Shown piece by piece: positions 48,701 to 58,995 of a stretch of 64,000 nucleotides of DNA (positions are counted from its first letter, which is position 1; every line of letters begins with the position of its first letter). A program made the translations under genes and the position numbers. Below the pieces are notes generated by a model that saw only the letters and a list, made by a program, of their open reading frames with translations, was not told where the DNA came from and did no database searches. The stretch is taken from assembly GCA_040954595.2 (NCBI GenBank), contig CM082592.2, forward strand, positions 8,915,677 to 8,979,676. The letters run 5' to 3'. The DNA is from Balanoglossus misakiensis. Lineage: Eukaryota > Animalia > Hemichordata.

Positions 48701-49537
48701 GCATTTGTCTTTGAATATGACTGAGTTTCATGGTGTTTGTTCTGTGTACTTGTCTACACAGGTTTGGTGAAGTAAAGAGTTGGCATAGAAAGGCAAACGG
48801 ATATATGGTTGAATGGTGGGAACAGTATGAATGGCTTCTCTTCAATAATTCACAGCACATGCTATTTTTATTTGCTGAAGGTACATTGCCAACGTTTGAT
48901 GTTGGACTTGTTCTGGTCAATATTCACAGGGGAACCAGCGCTGCTATGTCAACTGACGTTTTTCTGTCACCTCATTTGTTTAAGCAAGCCAACCATGCAA
49001 TTTGCAGCATAAAAGTACATTATCATAACTATGATGATTATTATTGTGCCGTGACCCACAACACTAACTACTTCAGCAAGCACAATCTACACATTTTTAA
49101 AACACATACTTCGCTGCTTCTCAAGTCAAGCATAAATCGCCAAAATAAAGATGGTGGCTGTTACCTCTGATTATCATGACTCACAAGGGTTTGTTTGGCT
49201 CGAAAAAAGCAGAAGATATGAAAATTCAAATGTAGATGGTGGAACTGACAAGGGGAGTGGTGAGTTGGGCAGGACTGAGTTTTCTTTCCAGTGGAAAAAA
49301 AAGCAGCCATCAAAGTGCGAAGTAGCAGGTTATTTTTGCCAGCTACCAAGCTCCTACTAACTATATACACCATTGACTCATGCCAACCAACAATAACTAA
49401 CTTACTAATTTCTCCTTCTCTTCTTTAACTAGTGATAAATTCCTGAGTTCCTCTTGCAAGGCCTGGTTGGTCTCTTCTAGTGCCCTGTACTCTTGTAACT
49501 TACCAAGATCAGGTTCACTGGCAAGTGGCCTTCGTTC
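10955..49537 (-). CDS. RIMBP2: RIMS-binding protein (RIM-BP/RIMBP2-like): coiled coil - SH3 - 3xFN3 - SH3 - SH3; 5'-partial, ~28 exons
   Basis: Three RIM-BP-type SH3 domains ([54 protein letters not shown]), three FN3 domains, and [24 protein letters not shown] matching the RIMBP2 N-terminal MREAAERRQQL motif. Phases are consistent across the model. Confidence 0.93.
12071..12087 (-). CDS. RIMBP2: Candidate 17-nt frame-shifting microexon (acgggctcctcacacgg)
   Basis: Long pyrimidine tract + ccag| and |gtaagc. Confidence 0.4.
12417..12465. repeat. (AC)n microsatellite
   Basis: ~24 perfect AC units. Confidence 0.97.
12752..12889 (-). CDS. RIMBP2: RIM-BP exon, end of SH3-III ([16 protein letters not shown]...LVTK)
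   Basis: gtgtag| ... |gtaagt, phase 0->0. Confidence 0.93.
13036..13479 (-). CDS. RIMBP2: RIM-BP exon, end of SH3-II and start of SH3-III
   Basis: caacag| ... |gtaagg; [14 protein letters not shown]...GYVPCNMV...DEDGFFM. Confidence 0.95.
13751..14202 (-). CDS. RIMBP2: RIM-BP exon, linker and start of SH3-II
   Basis: ttacag| ... |gtaagt, phase 1->0; [32 protein letters not shown]. Confidence 0.95.
14363..14549 (-). CDS. RIMBP2: RIM-BP linker exon ([12 protein letters not shown]...SVPHI)
   Basis: caacag| ... |gtcagt, phase 0->1. Confidence 0.8.
14774..14962 (-). CDS. RIMBP2: RIM-BP acidic linker exon (KPEIRPSF...[11 protein letters not shown]...KEFK); tandem AAG/AAG acceptor (alt start 14959)
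   Basis: cccaag|aag| ... |gtactc, phase 0->0; S.LSDI.EE.E motif typical of RIM-BPs. Confidence 0.85.
15334..15504 (-). CDS. RIMBP2: RIM-BP linker exon ([12 protein letters not shown]...IASAK)
   Basis: (CT)n tract + ccccag| ... |gtgggt, phase 0->0. Confidence 0.75.
16315..16359 (-). CDS. RIMBP2: Candidate 45-nt cassette exon encoding [15 protein letters not shown]
   Basis: ctttcctgtactttgtatcgtaacaag| ... |gtaagt; phase 0->0 fits flanking exons. Confidence 0.6.
17014..17180 (-). CDS. RIMBP2: RIM-BP exon, end of FN3-3 (DRLVV...[15 protein letters not shown]...DSK)
   Basis: ttttag| ... |gtaaat, phase 1->0. Confidence 0.9.
17329..17505 (-). CDS. RIMBP2: RIM-BP exon, start of FN3-3 ([14 protein letters not shown]...[11 protein letters not shown]...SPT)
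   Basis: caccag| ... |gtatgc, phase 1->1. Confidence 0.94.
17614..17644. mobile_element. Terminal fragment of the TTAA MITE family
   Basis: tggaccaaaaccatggtggtgaaagggttaa, nearly identical to the end of the 56011-56084 copy. Confidence 0.5.
17691..17975 (-). CDS. RIMBP2: RIM-BP exon, FN3-2 (ATPSPSNLK...[10 protein letters not shown]...EFKTPPG)
   Basis: ccgcag| ... |gtaagt, phase 1->1. Confidence 0.95.
18107..18379 (-). CDS. RIMBP2: RIM-BP exon, FN3-1 ([21 protein letters not shown]...CTITVGK)
   Basis: ctacag| ... |gtgagt, phase 1->1. Confidence 0.95.
18581..18742 (-). CDS. RIMBP2: RIM-BP exon ([23 protein letters not shown]...SHG)
   Basis: tcacag| ... |gtaagt, phase 1->1. Confidence 0.85.
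18903..18980 (-). CDS. RIMBP2: RIM-BP exon ([25 protein letters not shown])
   Basis: gtccag| ... |gtaagt, phase 1->1. Confidence 0.8.
20503..20583 (-). CDS. RIMBP2: Candidate RIM-BP cassette exon ([26 protein letters not shown])
   Basis: tctctctgtccttgtag| ... |gttcat (weak donor), symmetric phase 1->1. Confidence 0.55.
21269..21529 (-). CDS. RIMBP2: RIM-BP Pro/Ala/Ser-rich (probably cassette) exon (KPPIAITH...[10 protein letters not shown]...AMIE)
   Basis: ttctag| ... |gtttag, phase 1->1, coding-like GC. Confidence 0.72.
23568..23618 (-). CDS. RIMBP2: RIM-BP exon after SH3-I ([17 protein letters not shown])
   Basis: ttgcag| ... |gtagga, phase 1->1. Confidence 0.78.
25734..25757 (-). CDS. 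RIMBP2: Candidate 24-nt microexon after SH3-I (DEDDVNTE)
   Basis: catttgcataatag| ... |gtaaca, phase 1->1; same ends as the 51-nt exon. Confidence 0.6.
26171..26246 (-). CDS. RIMBP2: RIM-BP exon, end of SH3-I ([25 protein letters not shown])
   Basis: ttgcag| ... |gtacgg, phase 0->1. Confidence 0.95.
26559..26780 (-). CDS. RIMBP2: RIM-BP exon, start of SH3-I (MDSGSD...[24 protein letters not shown]...DMDE)
   Basis: ttgcag| ... |gtgggt, phase 0->0. Confidence 0.95.
30900..30994 (-). CDS. RIMBP2: RIM-BP Ser/Arg-rich exon ([31 protein letters not shown])
   Basis: tttcag| ... |gtgagg; supplies the required phase 1->0 switch. Confidence 0.85.
32219..32392 (-). CDS. RIMBP2: RIM-BP exon ([24 protein letters not shown]...PIGQ)
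   Basis: tggcag| ... |gtgatt, phase 1->1. Confidence 0.78.
32741..32839. mobile_element. ~90-bp TTAA-flanked MITE (TTAACCCT...AGGGTTAA), piggyBac-like ends
   Basis: Terminal inverted TTAACCCT/AGGGTTAA; internal aatccattgttttctatggtaaagttggacc shared with other copies in the window. Confidence 0.65.
33373..33465 (-). CDS. RIMBP2: RIM-BP exon ([30 protein letters not shown])
   Basis: ttgcag| ... |gtaagg, phase 1->1. Confidence 0.82.
33829..34159 (-). CDS. RIMBP2: RIM-BP coiled-coil exon (AQEAAKRTH...[26 protein letters not shown]...)
   Basis: tcgtag| ... |gtaaga, phase 0->1; resembles the RIMBP2 KVRELEEKCRTQSEQFNLLS motif. Confidence 0.92.
35073..35177 (-). CDS. RIMBP2: RIM-BP coiled-coil exon ([35 protein letters not shown])
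   Basis: tcacag| ... |gtatgg, phase 0->0. Confidence 0.92.
36237..36359 (-). CDS. RIMBP2: RIM-BP coiled-coil exon ([11 protein letters not shown]...LESTVK)
   Basis: ccgcag| ... |gtgtgt, phase 0->0, heptad pattern. Confidence 0.85.
36690..36807. repeat. (CAT)n trinucleotide microsatellite, ~39 units with few interruptions
   Basis: Seen directly; source of spurious poly-Ile/poly-Ser ORFs. Confidence 0.97.
44051..44140 (-). CDS. RIMBP2: RIM-BP coiled-coil exon ([30 protein letters not shown])
   Basis: ctttcacag| ... |gtagga, phase 0->0; not in the ORF track. Confidence 0.85.
46778..46861 (-). CDS. RIMBP2: RIM-BP coiled-coil exon ([28 protein letters not shown])
   Basis: ccaacag| ... |gtgagt, phase 0->0. 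Confidence 0.85.
49406..49537 (-). CDS. RIMBP2: RIM-BP coiled-coil exon ([44 protein letters not shown]), most 5' exon found
   Basis: ttttctattgtag| ... |gtaagt, phase 0->0. Confidence 0.85.
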
Positions 49538-52500
49538 CTACAATAGAAAAAAAGTTGAATTATGGTTATTTACAAAATCATGGATTAGTTTCTTTTAATT
49601 GTAGACACAGTGTTCAATACCATTGGAAAAACAATTCACATGCAGTCTTTAGTCTGTTTGCACACCACCTAAAACTGTAATTTTATTATTAATAATTAAA
49701 ATGCCTCCTTGCATGGCCAACTTGGGGAAATAGCTCAAGCAGATTTTTGTGTGAAATAGGTCCACCTAATTCATTCTGTTTAAGCCTTTTCATCATTATC
49801 ACCACACTCTTTTCCTAATTTTGTGTGAATTTCTGACAACAGGATTTGCTTCTGAAATCTGCATGTGGCATTTGATTGCAGGCTTCAATCGCCCAAGACT
49901 TTGCCAAAAATAGCCTGGAAGATCAAATGCATTTCATGAATTTCAAATGAAACGGAGTTGACACTGATGTAAGGGTTTGTACTCCTGTGAACAGCATGCT
50001 ACAAAAGGGCCACTTACATGTAAAGTGTTTGCGCTGCCGAGCGAACTTTTAAAATGCCTGAATCAAAGGTGACCGTGTACAAAATGACTGACAACTCGGC
50101 AGAAAGAGGACTCGCAGAGGACAAAAAAAACACACACAAGGGGACAAAATTCACATGTGCCTGTTAATGATACACGCTACGCCATCACCGATTTTTATCC
50201 ACAGGCAGATCACAAACCCCTGCCTCCGAATAGATCACTTTGCGCCAAGAAATGACCACTTTAATCTGCAGGCAGCTAATGGGGCAGTGAGTGGGCACCA
50301 CCTTCCACCTGAGTCCCTCAAACCCTCATCAATCGAAGGAAAAAGTGGCAGTTTAGACTCTGGGGCGATTGCATCACGATGCTACGATGAAGAGAGTGTG
50401 CTGTCAGGCTTTGTTATCATTCGCAGCAACAGTCACATCTCCGTACAGCGAGGAAACAGTTTGTACAGCTTGCTTTGAGCAAATATATCACGGCAAATTG
50501 GACGGTAGTGATTCCTCCACAGAATAGAAAACACTTCAGGGACTTCACTTGAATGAGTTATACTGAAACTGCATGCAATTGTGTTTTCCATGCTGGGGAA
50601 ATCTGTCATCTCTCAACGTCACAAGTATGCTGCATGAGCTTCACTTCATTTAATGCCCGTGAGGAGTACCATAGCCAATCAGCCTCTGACTTTTAAAGCA
50701 TTTATTTGTAATTTCAATAAAGCCGCGTTTTAAATGACACCTATACGATTGGTTAACTTAATCGTCACTTTAATAATAAAGGAATGGTTAATTGACACAG
50801 TTCCACTTGCCAACAATTCATGTCACATGATCAAGTACACAATTAACTAGCCAATAAGCTACAGGGTATACTACATGTACAGGTGTATTTGTTGCTCACA
50901 CAGTCTGCTTACTTGGCTAATTGTCAGCTTGCGTAGAATCAACATGAGACCGTACATGAATGATTACAATGCATGAATGGTCGTCACAGCATATCTGCTC
51001 TAAATGCAGACATGAATGCTAAGCATACATGTAGTATCTATTTCTCCCTCGTATCAACTGATTCATTTTTACAGCGATTTTTGAGTGATTCTGAACCATG
51101 GAAAGGTTTTGGTACACGCACACATGAAATGACCACGTACCTGCGTCTCAGATTTTCTAATGAAACTCGGGATATACAACATAGTCTACCAGTCCATTCG
51201 GACAATACACACAACATGAACATGAACAGTTGATGGAGATAATTCCAACAGATAATTTCCACAGAGAATATTCAAAGACAAGGATGCTGGCATGGGTTCT
51301 GGATGCTGATCACCTTCTTCCTTTCTGCGTTTCTTACAGCCAAGTCTACACAGAAAGACGTCATCACGCTATATGCGATTGTGGCTTTCCTGAAGATGAC
51401 ATTTGTCCGTTTGTTGAGAGGCTGCACTATTACTGGTCCTTATCAAAAGTCATCATCTCCCCACTGTACTTTTCGCCGCAGCCAATCAATAAGAGAATCC
51501 GTCAATACAAGCCAATTAAAAGATCAAGTCGGGGGACGACTTGAAAGAGATCGAGACTCCCCTAATTCCAAGCAGGTGGCACAGCTAGACAACTGCAGAT
51601 GAGCGTAACAGTGTTCAGATCCTGTCCACATGGCAATTACACACACAGAGATGTCTACAGCCCGACCCTGTTCACATTGGAAACACAGTGGCAGGTATAA
51701 GCCACAACACCCGGAGCTGTGACTGTGCACCTCAATGATAAATTGCTTTGCTAATGTACAACTGGAGTGACTCGCTTTGCTGACACGAATCACGTGTCCT
51801 CCCCTTGCACAGAATACTAAACGCGCGCTCAGAATAGGTAATTCACGGCCGACTCCGAATGACTGACCAATGATCTCACAAATTCGTGATGAATTCACAA
51901 CTGTACGTGAGAGCCCTGACTGGTGCCTCTTTGAATAATTTAAATACAAACCAACTTCCCATAAATGTGCCACTTTATGAGTGTTTTTACATGGCAACTG
52001 ATAAAAACAATCCTCCAGGGGTACATAGGGGTGTAATGCCACTACTTAACTCAAACCACTTTAAAACAAATTTAAATTGACTCTGAGAATGTTCATTAAG
52101 TATTACTACAAGTTATCTAATGGGAAGGAATGATACTGCAACACAATTTATTATTACAGCAAATTGAAACATTTTTCAAGTGTTTCCTGGTTTGCATGTA
52201 ATGGCTAAATCATGTCCGAATGATGAACATTATTAATTTGTCAAAGTGCTGCCAAGTTTTTTTTGTATATATGCATATAATGAATATGCATAGGCAGCCA
52301 TGCTCAACTCATCTGTACCATCAAATAAGACACACAGCCCATTACAGCACAAACAAAGATTGGCGTAAGTAGCCTCCGGCCATTGTTTCCATATAAAACC
52401 AGTCAGATAATTACTTTTCTCCTTCTATATTCACACAATATACAATGATCAGTTGTAAAAAAAAAACAGCTTAGTTTTGATAAAAAAATATGAGAGAAAC

Positions 52501-55449
52501 AACATATTTTCATACACTTTCAAGCTCAGACATATTTCTTGCTTTCATCCAATATCCTTATTAAACCGTAGAGCAGCTGATTGCACAGTCATATTCCCTG
52601 ACATCGTCGACCAAGAAATGACACAAACCTCGGCATCCCTTTTATACAACAATAGCTGTGCACATCTGAAAACCATTAGCAGCTGCATTCAGAAACCCCA
52701 TTCTATGAACTGTAGGCAATATCCTACCTACATCCTACCCAAACAAACCTGGCTAATTAAATTTTCATCATTATAAGTGTAATGACAACCAAATTAGGAA
52801 TTGTAACACCTGGTAAATATCAAACAAATTATTTCTTATTTTTCTTGTTTTATCTAAGGCTAATGGGATCTAGTTACTGTTAATTACTGTTTTTACAATG
52901 TGTGATGCTTTCTCCAGAGACTGGCAAATATCAGTAGTTTCACGATTGACTGACGGCTAATCAATATGGGACTGAAAAACAACACAGTGCGGTTTTAGTG
53001 CACTTTAAGTTTCTGTATCAACAGCTCAACAGAACAGAATGCTGTGCAAACCGAACATTTGAAAGCAAAGCCCTACCCCAATCCAATATTGCTCTTGTAT
53101 ATAATTTTTATCAACTCCTGTTACTATACATAGCGTTATTAAAATAACCTCCTCAAGAGCTTTCTAAAACTACGCGCAGCCAATCAATGCAGATGGCCGT
53201 ATATTTTCTCAGGAATGAACAGTTCATAGCCTGCACTTGAGTTTTATGCACCTCTCTGCAAATGAGAAATTGCGCTGTGTCAGAACCAGCTGTGGACACA
53301 AGAACCACTGAAGGAGTTGACGAGAATTATGTCCCCGATAAGGCTCGATAACATTACATTGCCTGTTTTCTCTGTCGTCTCTTATCAAACTTCAACCAAA
53401 CGCTCCTGGCAATCGTGCTGAATACCTGAACAATTCCTCAAGAGTACAATTGCCGTAAAAATTTACAAAAGGTAAATTGCCACTGATGGGTGCAACTTGA
53501 ATCGAATCTTTGCTATTTTACATTTGAATGTGAGTTTAGAGGTACTTTTCAAGGAGCAGACGTTAGCCGATGTCTCACAACAGGCCACAATTCTCCTTCT
53601 CAGAACCATCAACTCACAGAAGTACCGGCAATTAGCGCGAAGTAACTGAAATATTCTCACATGCCTGGAAGCCCTAGTGGTGTGGCTAGCATTTTTTTTT
53701 TTTTTGAGGTTTGCCGAAATTCACATGCTAGTATCACGACACAGAAATCTAAAAAAAACTGAATTTTTTCTGCTGTACTTTTCACTGTTCACACTCATCG
53801 AGATAATTTGATTTAGATTCCCAGAGTTCGACAGCACCTTTTGGGAGTCATATAAAATGCAGATTATGCAAACATCACACTTAGTATAGATGTGGTTCGC
53901 AGATATATTCAATTCACTCAAGCAGAAAATTGGGATAAAGAATGCATTAGCTAATTCATTTTTGATGGCCAAGCAAAGGTTACTTGTTTCCTTCCTGTAT
54001 TTTCTGACAAACAGAAAATTGACTGTGAAGTGCTCAAGCGCTAGAAACACAGGGAAATTATCCATCATGACAAGTTCACGGATGAAGAACGTTTACCTTT
54101 AACCTCTGAGGATTGTCTGTTGGCCTTCAGGGCAGTGGATACTCCATTCCAGGATGAACCGGTAGGCCAGTGCATCTAACTTTAAATGATACTGTTTGAT
54201 AAACTAGCACATTGACAACATTGGAGTACTGATGTCTCATGACATTTTCTATCTCTGTTCTAACGGCTGCCGTCTGATCTGAGATTATCCGTTCCGTCCA
54301 GACAACACAATCCCTTTTGTAGACTTCTAATACAAGCTTTGTTGACATTTGAGTGTCTAAAATTGGAAACCTATGCATAAACTTGAAAACAAACAGCTTT
54401 CTAAAATTAACCATGTGCAGCTAATCAATCAAAATATCCATATTGGATTTTTGTCTGGCAAGCTGTCTATTTTGAGACAAAAACATTACTTGATATTTTT
54501 AGTACGTTCTGTGTAAAAGCGCTGGCCTGCTCGAAGGTGAACTCAGCTTGTCAAAACAACCACTATACACAAAAATATTGGCCGAAGATTTTTGTATATA
54601 GGACAGCACACATTCTTCTAACATGTCAGCAATACCAGTATTATTGATCATAAAAACACTGCCGATCGTTTCTGTAATATCACAACATTTTCACATAATC
54701 CGTCGACATCAAACGAACTGCTTGATTGAAATCATTTTTCTCTTTTTCTTTTCGGAAAAAAAAGTACATCCACCTGGCAAAGTGGTTGACGACAAGTGAT
54801 GCGGTAAACACTGCCCAGCTTTCTAAAAGCAATTACTGTGTAAACAGCCACCAGAGACCGACCACAACATTGAGGCCAAGTATGGCCGCCCGCTCCTATA
54901 TTCCGAAATTCACCGGCAGCAATTCAGGAAATTAGAGTGATTATGATTTATTTATAATTGGCCACCTGGTAGAGTTTCACGGGAAATGATCAATAATTGA
55001 TATCTTTTACAGGCCGACCTAATTCAAACAAAGTCAAATTAAGCCACCAGGACGTACCCTGGGTATTGTCACCTGTAGGACGTCGCCCACTTGCTTGCTC
55101 TGCTGTGCATGTCTCCCTCCAGGCAATCATGTACATGTACAACATCCACATCTAAAATGGGTCTTGTACACATGAGATGACATTACTGGGACAAATACTG
55201 TACTCTGGAGTCGCAAATGCAATTCTTACTGCAAACTATGAAAGCACCTAGTTTGTAAACGTAATTCTGAGCAAATGGCAGGGTTCAGCTGACATTTAAT
55301 TTCTGCCTTGTTCCAACAAACAACGCGCAATTTGCTCACTGCGCCAAACAATGTAGACATACAGGTCTGTGCTGTGCAAAGAACGGGAGTGGAGATATAA
55401 AAAGCTATGAGACGCAGAAACACAGTTTCTCTTGGTACTCTCAAATCAA

Positions 55450-55513
55450 TCTGATTAAAATCAGATGCAGAGTACAGAGATGTCGCCGTACTCTACATCT
55501 GATTTTAATCAGA
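55450..55513. repeat. Inverted repeat, 26-bp arms (1 mismatch), 12-nt loop
   Basis: tctgattaaaatcagatgcagagtac / gtactctacatctgattttaatcaga. Confidence 0.9.
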
Positions 55514-56010
55514 CTTTCTCAAGATGTAATTAATGACATTGCCATGCTCTCCCCCTTTGTAATATCAGCATATTTTCACGATCTAGACATGAAAAGTACT
55601 GTTTGATTGAAAGCATTTTTTTTCCTTTCAGAAAAAAGTACACCAACCTGTCAAAGTGATTGTTAAAATGATATTAGGCACACATGGTTTGTAAGAATCT
55701 GTCAGCTGTGTACTTTTGAGTCACTGAAATTCACTTATCTCAATTCTTTGACAACGTTGCCCTAAATTTCATGTAATAATGAAAGTCATATGGAAATCAC
55801 ACGAATTGGTGTGGAATGCGTAAATGTCTGTATACATTTTTCTCCCAATTTACTCCTGTCAATCACCAGTGCAGAAAATATTTCAATAAACCGACAATTC
55901 TTTCACTCTCTGCGGTAACATGGACCTACTTTTATGGAGTTACAAGGACAGCATGGGTGTAACATTTGACGACATAATTTATGGTACATACCTACAATTA
56001 TACCATGGCA

Positions 56011-56084
56011 TTAAACCTACATCGGTCCAATTTTACGATAGAAAACAATGGATTTGGACAAGACCATGGCGGTGAAAGGGTTAA
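56011..56084. mobile_element. Inverted copy of the TTAA MITE family
   Basis: Reverse complement reads ttaaccctttcaccgccatgg...aaatccattgttttctatcgtaaaattggacc. Confidence 0.6.
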
Positions 56085-58924
56085 AAGAATTAGAAGCCAC
56101 TATGTTGACAACACAGACAATAAGGATGCTCATAAGCAGTTCACAATCAACAGGTGGTTCCTCCGATACAGACAGAAAGCTTAAAGTCAGGCAGAAAATG
56201 TATCTCTGTTCCTCGTAATGCACTTTCCCAGCAGACAGATCTGCACGGAAATCGATGCCCTGCTTTCGAGCTAAAACCGCTGCATGTAACTAAATTGTCT
56301 TGATAAAATTGAGGGCATTGTAATGATTACTGAAGCATGGAAAGGCTGGTTGAGAGATCGTCTGCTTTTGACGGCAAATTTTGTTCTTGTATATGAAGTT
56401 GATTAAAACACAACGGCTAAGTTTTGAAAAAAGAAGGCTACTATTTGCTGGATTTGTACTAAAGATGTACTTGAAGCCGACTATAAAATGTCGGATTTAC
56501 GATTGCCAAAAGCGTGCTGTTACTGTACATGTCCGTGATAAAATGCTAGACCTTGTTGTAATGGCTCCCATTACGACTGCAAGTCACACATGATCAAATT
56601 CTCTGAGGGTTTCCGCCATCTGTCAGCATTATCCTACAATTACCAACAATATCTTTTGGAATTTTGTGCAAATTTTGATGATGTTTGCAGAAGCAAGACA
56701 TTGCTTTAAACGACAATACACCATTTGAACAATTTAGTATGATTTTAAATAAAACTAGACTAACAACTGAAGATATTTTGAGATGTTTTCACCTCAATTT
56801 CAATCATGAATAGCAAATTTCTAACTAATATCACGACTGCTTTCGTCTACTATTTTTCAGGGCACATAATATAAATTGAACTGAACTTCACACTAGGTTA
56901 AACACGAGCAATAATGACATTATAAATTAATAAAAGCATTCCTTACATGTGCATGACAGCTAAAATATTAATAACTGTATCAAATTACATCCAATCTGCA
57001 GATAACATTGGTATACTGGCATCGTGTGACGTGAACAAAATCCTTGACAAATTCAAGATCGTATGGAATTACCGTAATGTATATGTTTCTTAAGTCCAAC
57101 AGAGAAAATGAAAAATTAATATTTCATCTGAGGAATAGCTCGTTCAGAGCTTACAGGCAGTGGTCGCCAACGCGGTTTCACTTTTTTATGATTAAATTTT
57201 TTTTCATTGATTATTTTATTTTACCCTGACAAAAGAATCACAGCAAATTTGAAAGCTTGTACAATTTAATGCCTTTTGTTTCTTTCCTCTGATCCTGAAA
57301 GTGTCCCAACGTGTGTTGATGTTAGCTGACATGTTTGCACTGACTGATGATTACTCACTCTGCAGTCATATTTCAGCTATTTGTGAGGGAGAAACTGGGA
57401 CAGCTACCGTTGAATGGCAAACAGTGATGGATTGCCACCTGAAAAAATCAATTTTCAGTGTAGAGTGAGCGGGCGTTGGTGTTTATCTTGTGCTGTTTGT
57501 TTAGAATTCAAATTCTATGCCCTTAACTAGTACATAGCCTCAGTACCGATATATATCGAGCACAGAATCTGCGATGAGATATCACCTATTAGCCACAGAA
57601 AACATGACCACGACTAGTTCTTCATGGCCCTGAAGACGGATCCATTTCAAGGCTTTGAGCATTTTCCCGTGAAGGAAGGCCACTGATGACAACCATCAGA
57701 GATCACACTGTCCCACTTGCATGCAACTTCTTCTCACTCACACAAAACGGAAAACTATGACGTAGATGCAAAACTGGTTCAGGTTTCACAAAAGACAGAT
57801 GAAAGCATCTGACGACCCCGTGACCGAAATCTGTTTTCAACACTCTGGCAGTCAACCATTTCCAGCCAGTACCACAACTGGAAGTATTGATATTTTTTTA
57901 AAAAGCAGATTGGAAGACGGAGGTGTGAGCATGGCTGCACTTCATCTGTTAGTCAATGTGAAGTCATGTGAAAAATTAGTATTTGACTATGTACAGCCTT
58001 GTTCAAAAATTAATGATGGACAGGTCCCAACCTTGTAGAAGTGCATACACCAAAAGCATGGTCACTTTGCCTCATTTATCTTGGTTACAAAAACGTAGTA
58101 AAATCAAATTTTCAATAGACTGACACAGACGAAAAATTATTAGAGAACAGATGAAAGGTGACATTTTATCATTTGCGGCTAGATTATGATACAAGACTGT
58201 TTGATCAGATGATGCATTGATCAATATCACTCTAATCCTTGAAAGCGTCAAATATTTACCCCACTAAATTACAAATTGCCGATTACACAGATACAGCGTA
58301 CGAGTCAATAAATTGATGAGGCAGTGGGCACTAATCATGGCAACCTTGACATGTTAATTGTGATATTTGTGTGCTTTGCGCTGAAAGGGGGAGCAGGCTC
58401 TTTCAGCCTCTGATAGAAGTGGTGAAAATTTATGAATTTTACAACAGATATGAACACTCTAATTTCTCCTTGCCTTGTTGATTGATAGACGTTACCTCTC
58501 CTGTTTCGTGTCACTGCGGACAATACAGCCACCTGCCTTGGTCAATTGTCGAACAAACATGTTAAAAACACCAGCTTTCTTTCATTTCTTTGGCATGATA
58601 CATAATATTTCATGATCCAGATGATGATGTATCTTATGAGCTAAACCCATTCTTGTATTTGACGAATATGCTATCAAATTTAACAAGAAGAATAGATTTC
58701 CAACTCTTTGAATTAAGAAATTATAAAAAGCATAGATGAATGACAGATTCTCGGAAAATGAATCCCTTTTAGAAGCGTTGGGCTCTGAGTTGTTGATTTG
58801 CCTGGGTTTGACATGTAAATTGGCTTAATTCCTGGTTCCCTTGACATTGACATTGGCTTTGATGCCAAGCTTGACCTGTTCTTATGTTGAATAAAAAAGC
58901 AGAGTGTTTACTCTTTACGTTAGC

Positions 58925-58995
58925 TGTGTGTGTGTGTGTGTGTGAGTCAGTGTGACAGAAAAATCTCTCCAACCCCCCCCCCCCCCCACCCCCCC
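58925..58995. repeat. (TG)n microsatellite followed by a poly-C run
   Basis: Seen directly. Confidence 0.85.

Noticed and set aside
54097-54175. Possible upstream RIM-BP exon (MHWPTGSSWNG...EVK|gtaaac)
   Set aside because: Ends in phase 1 while exon 49537 needs phase 0; no coiled-coil character.
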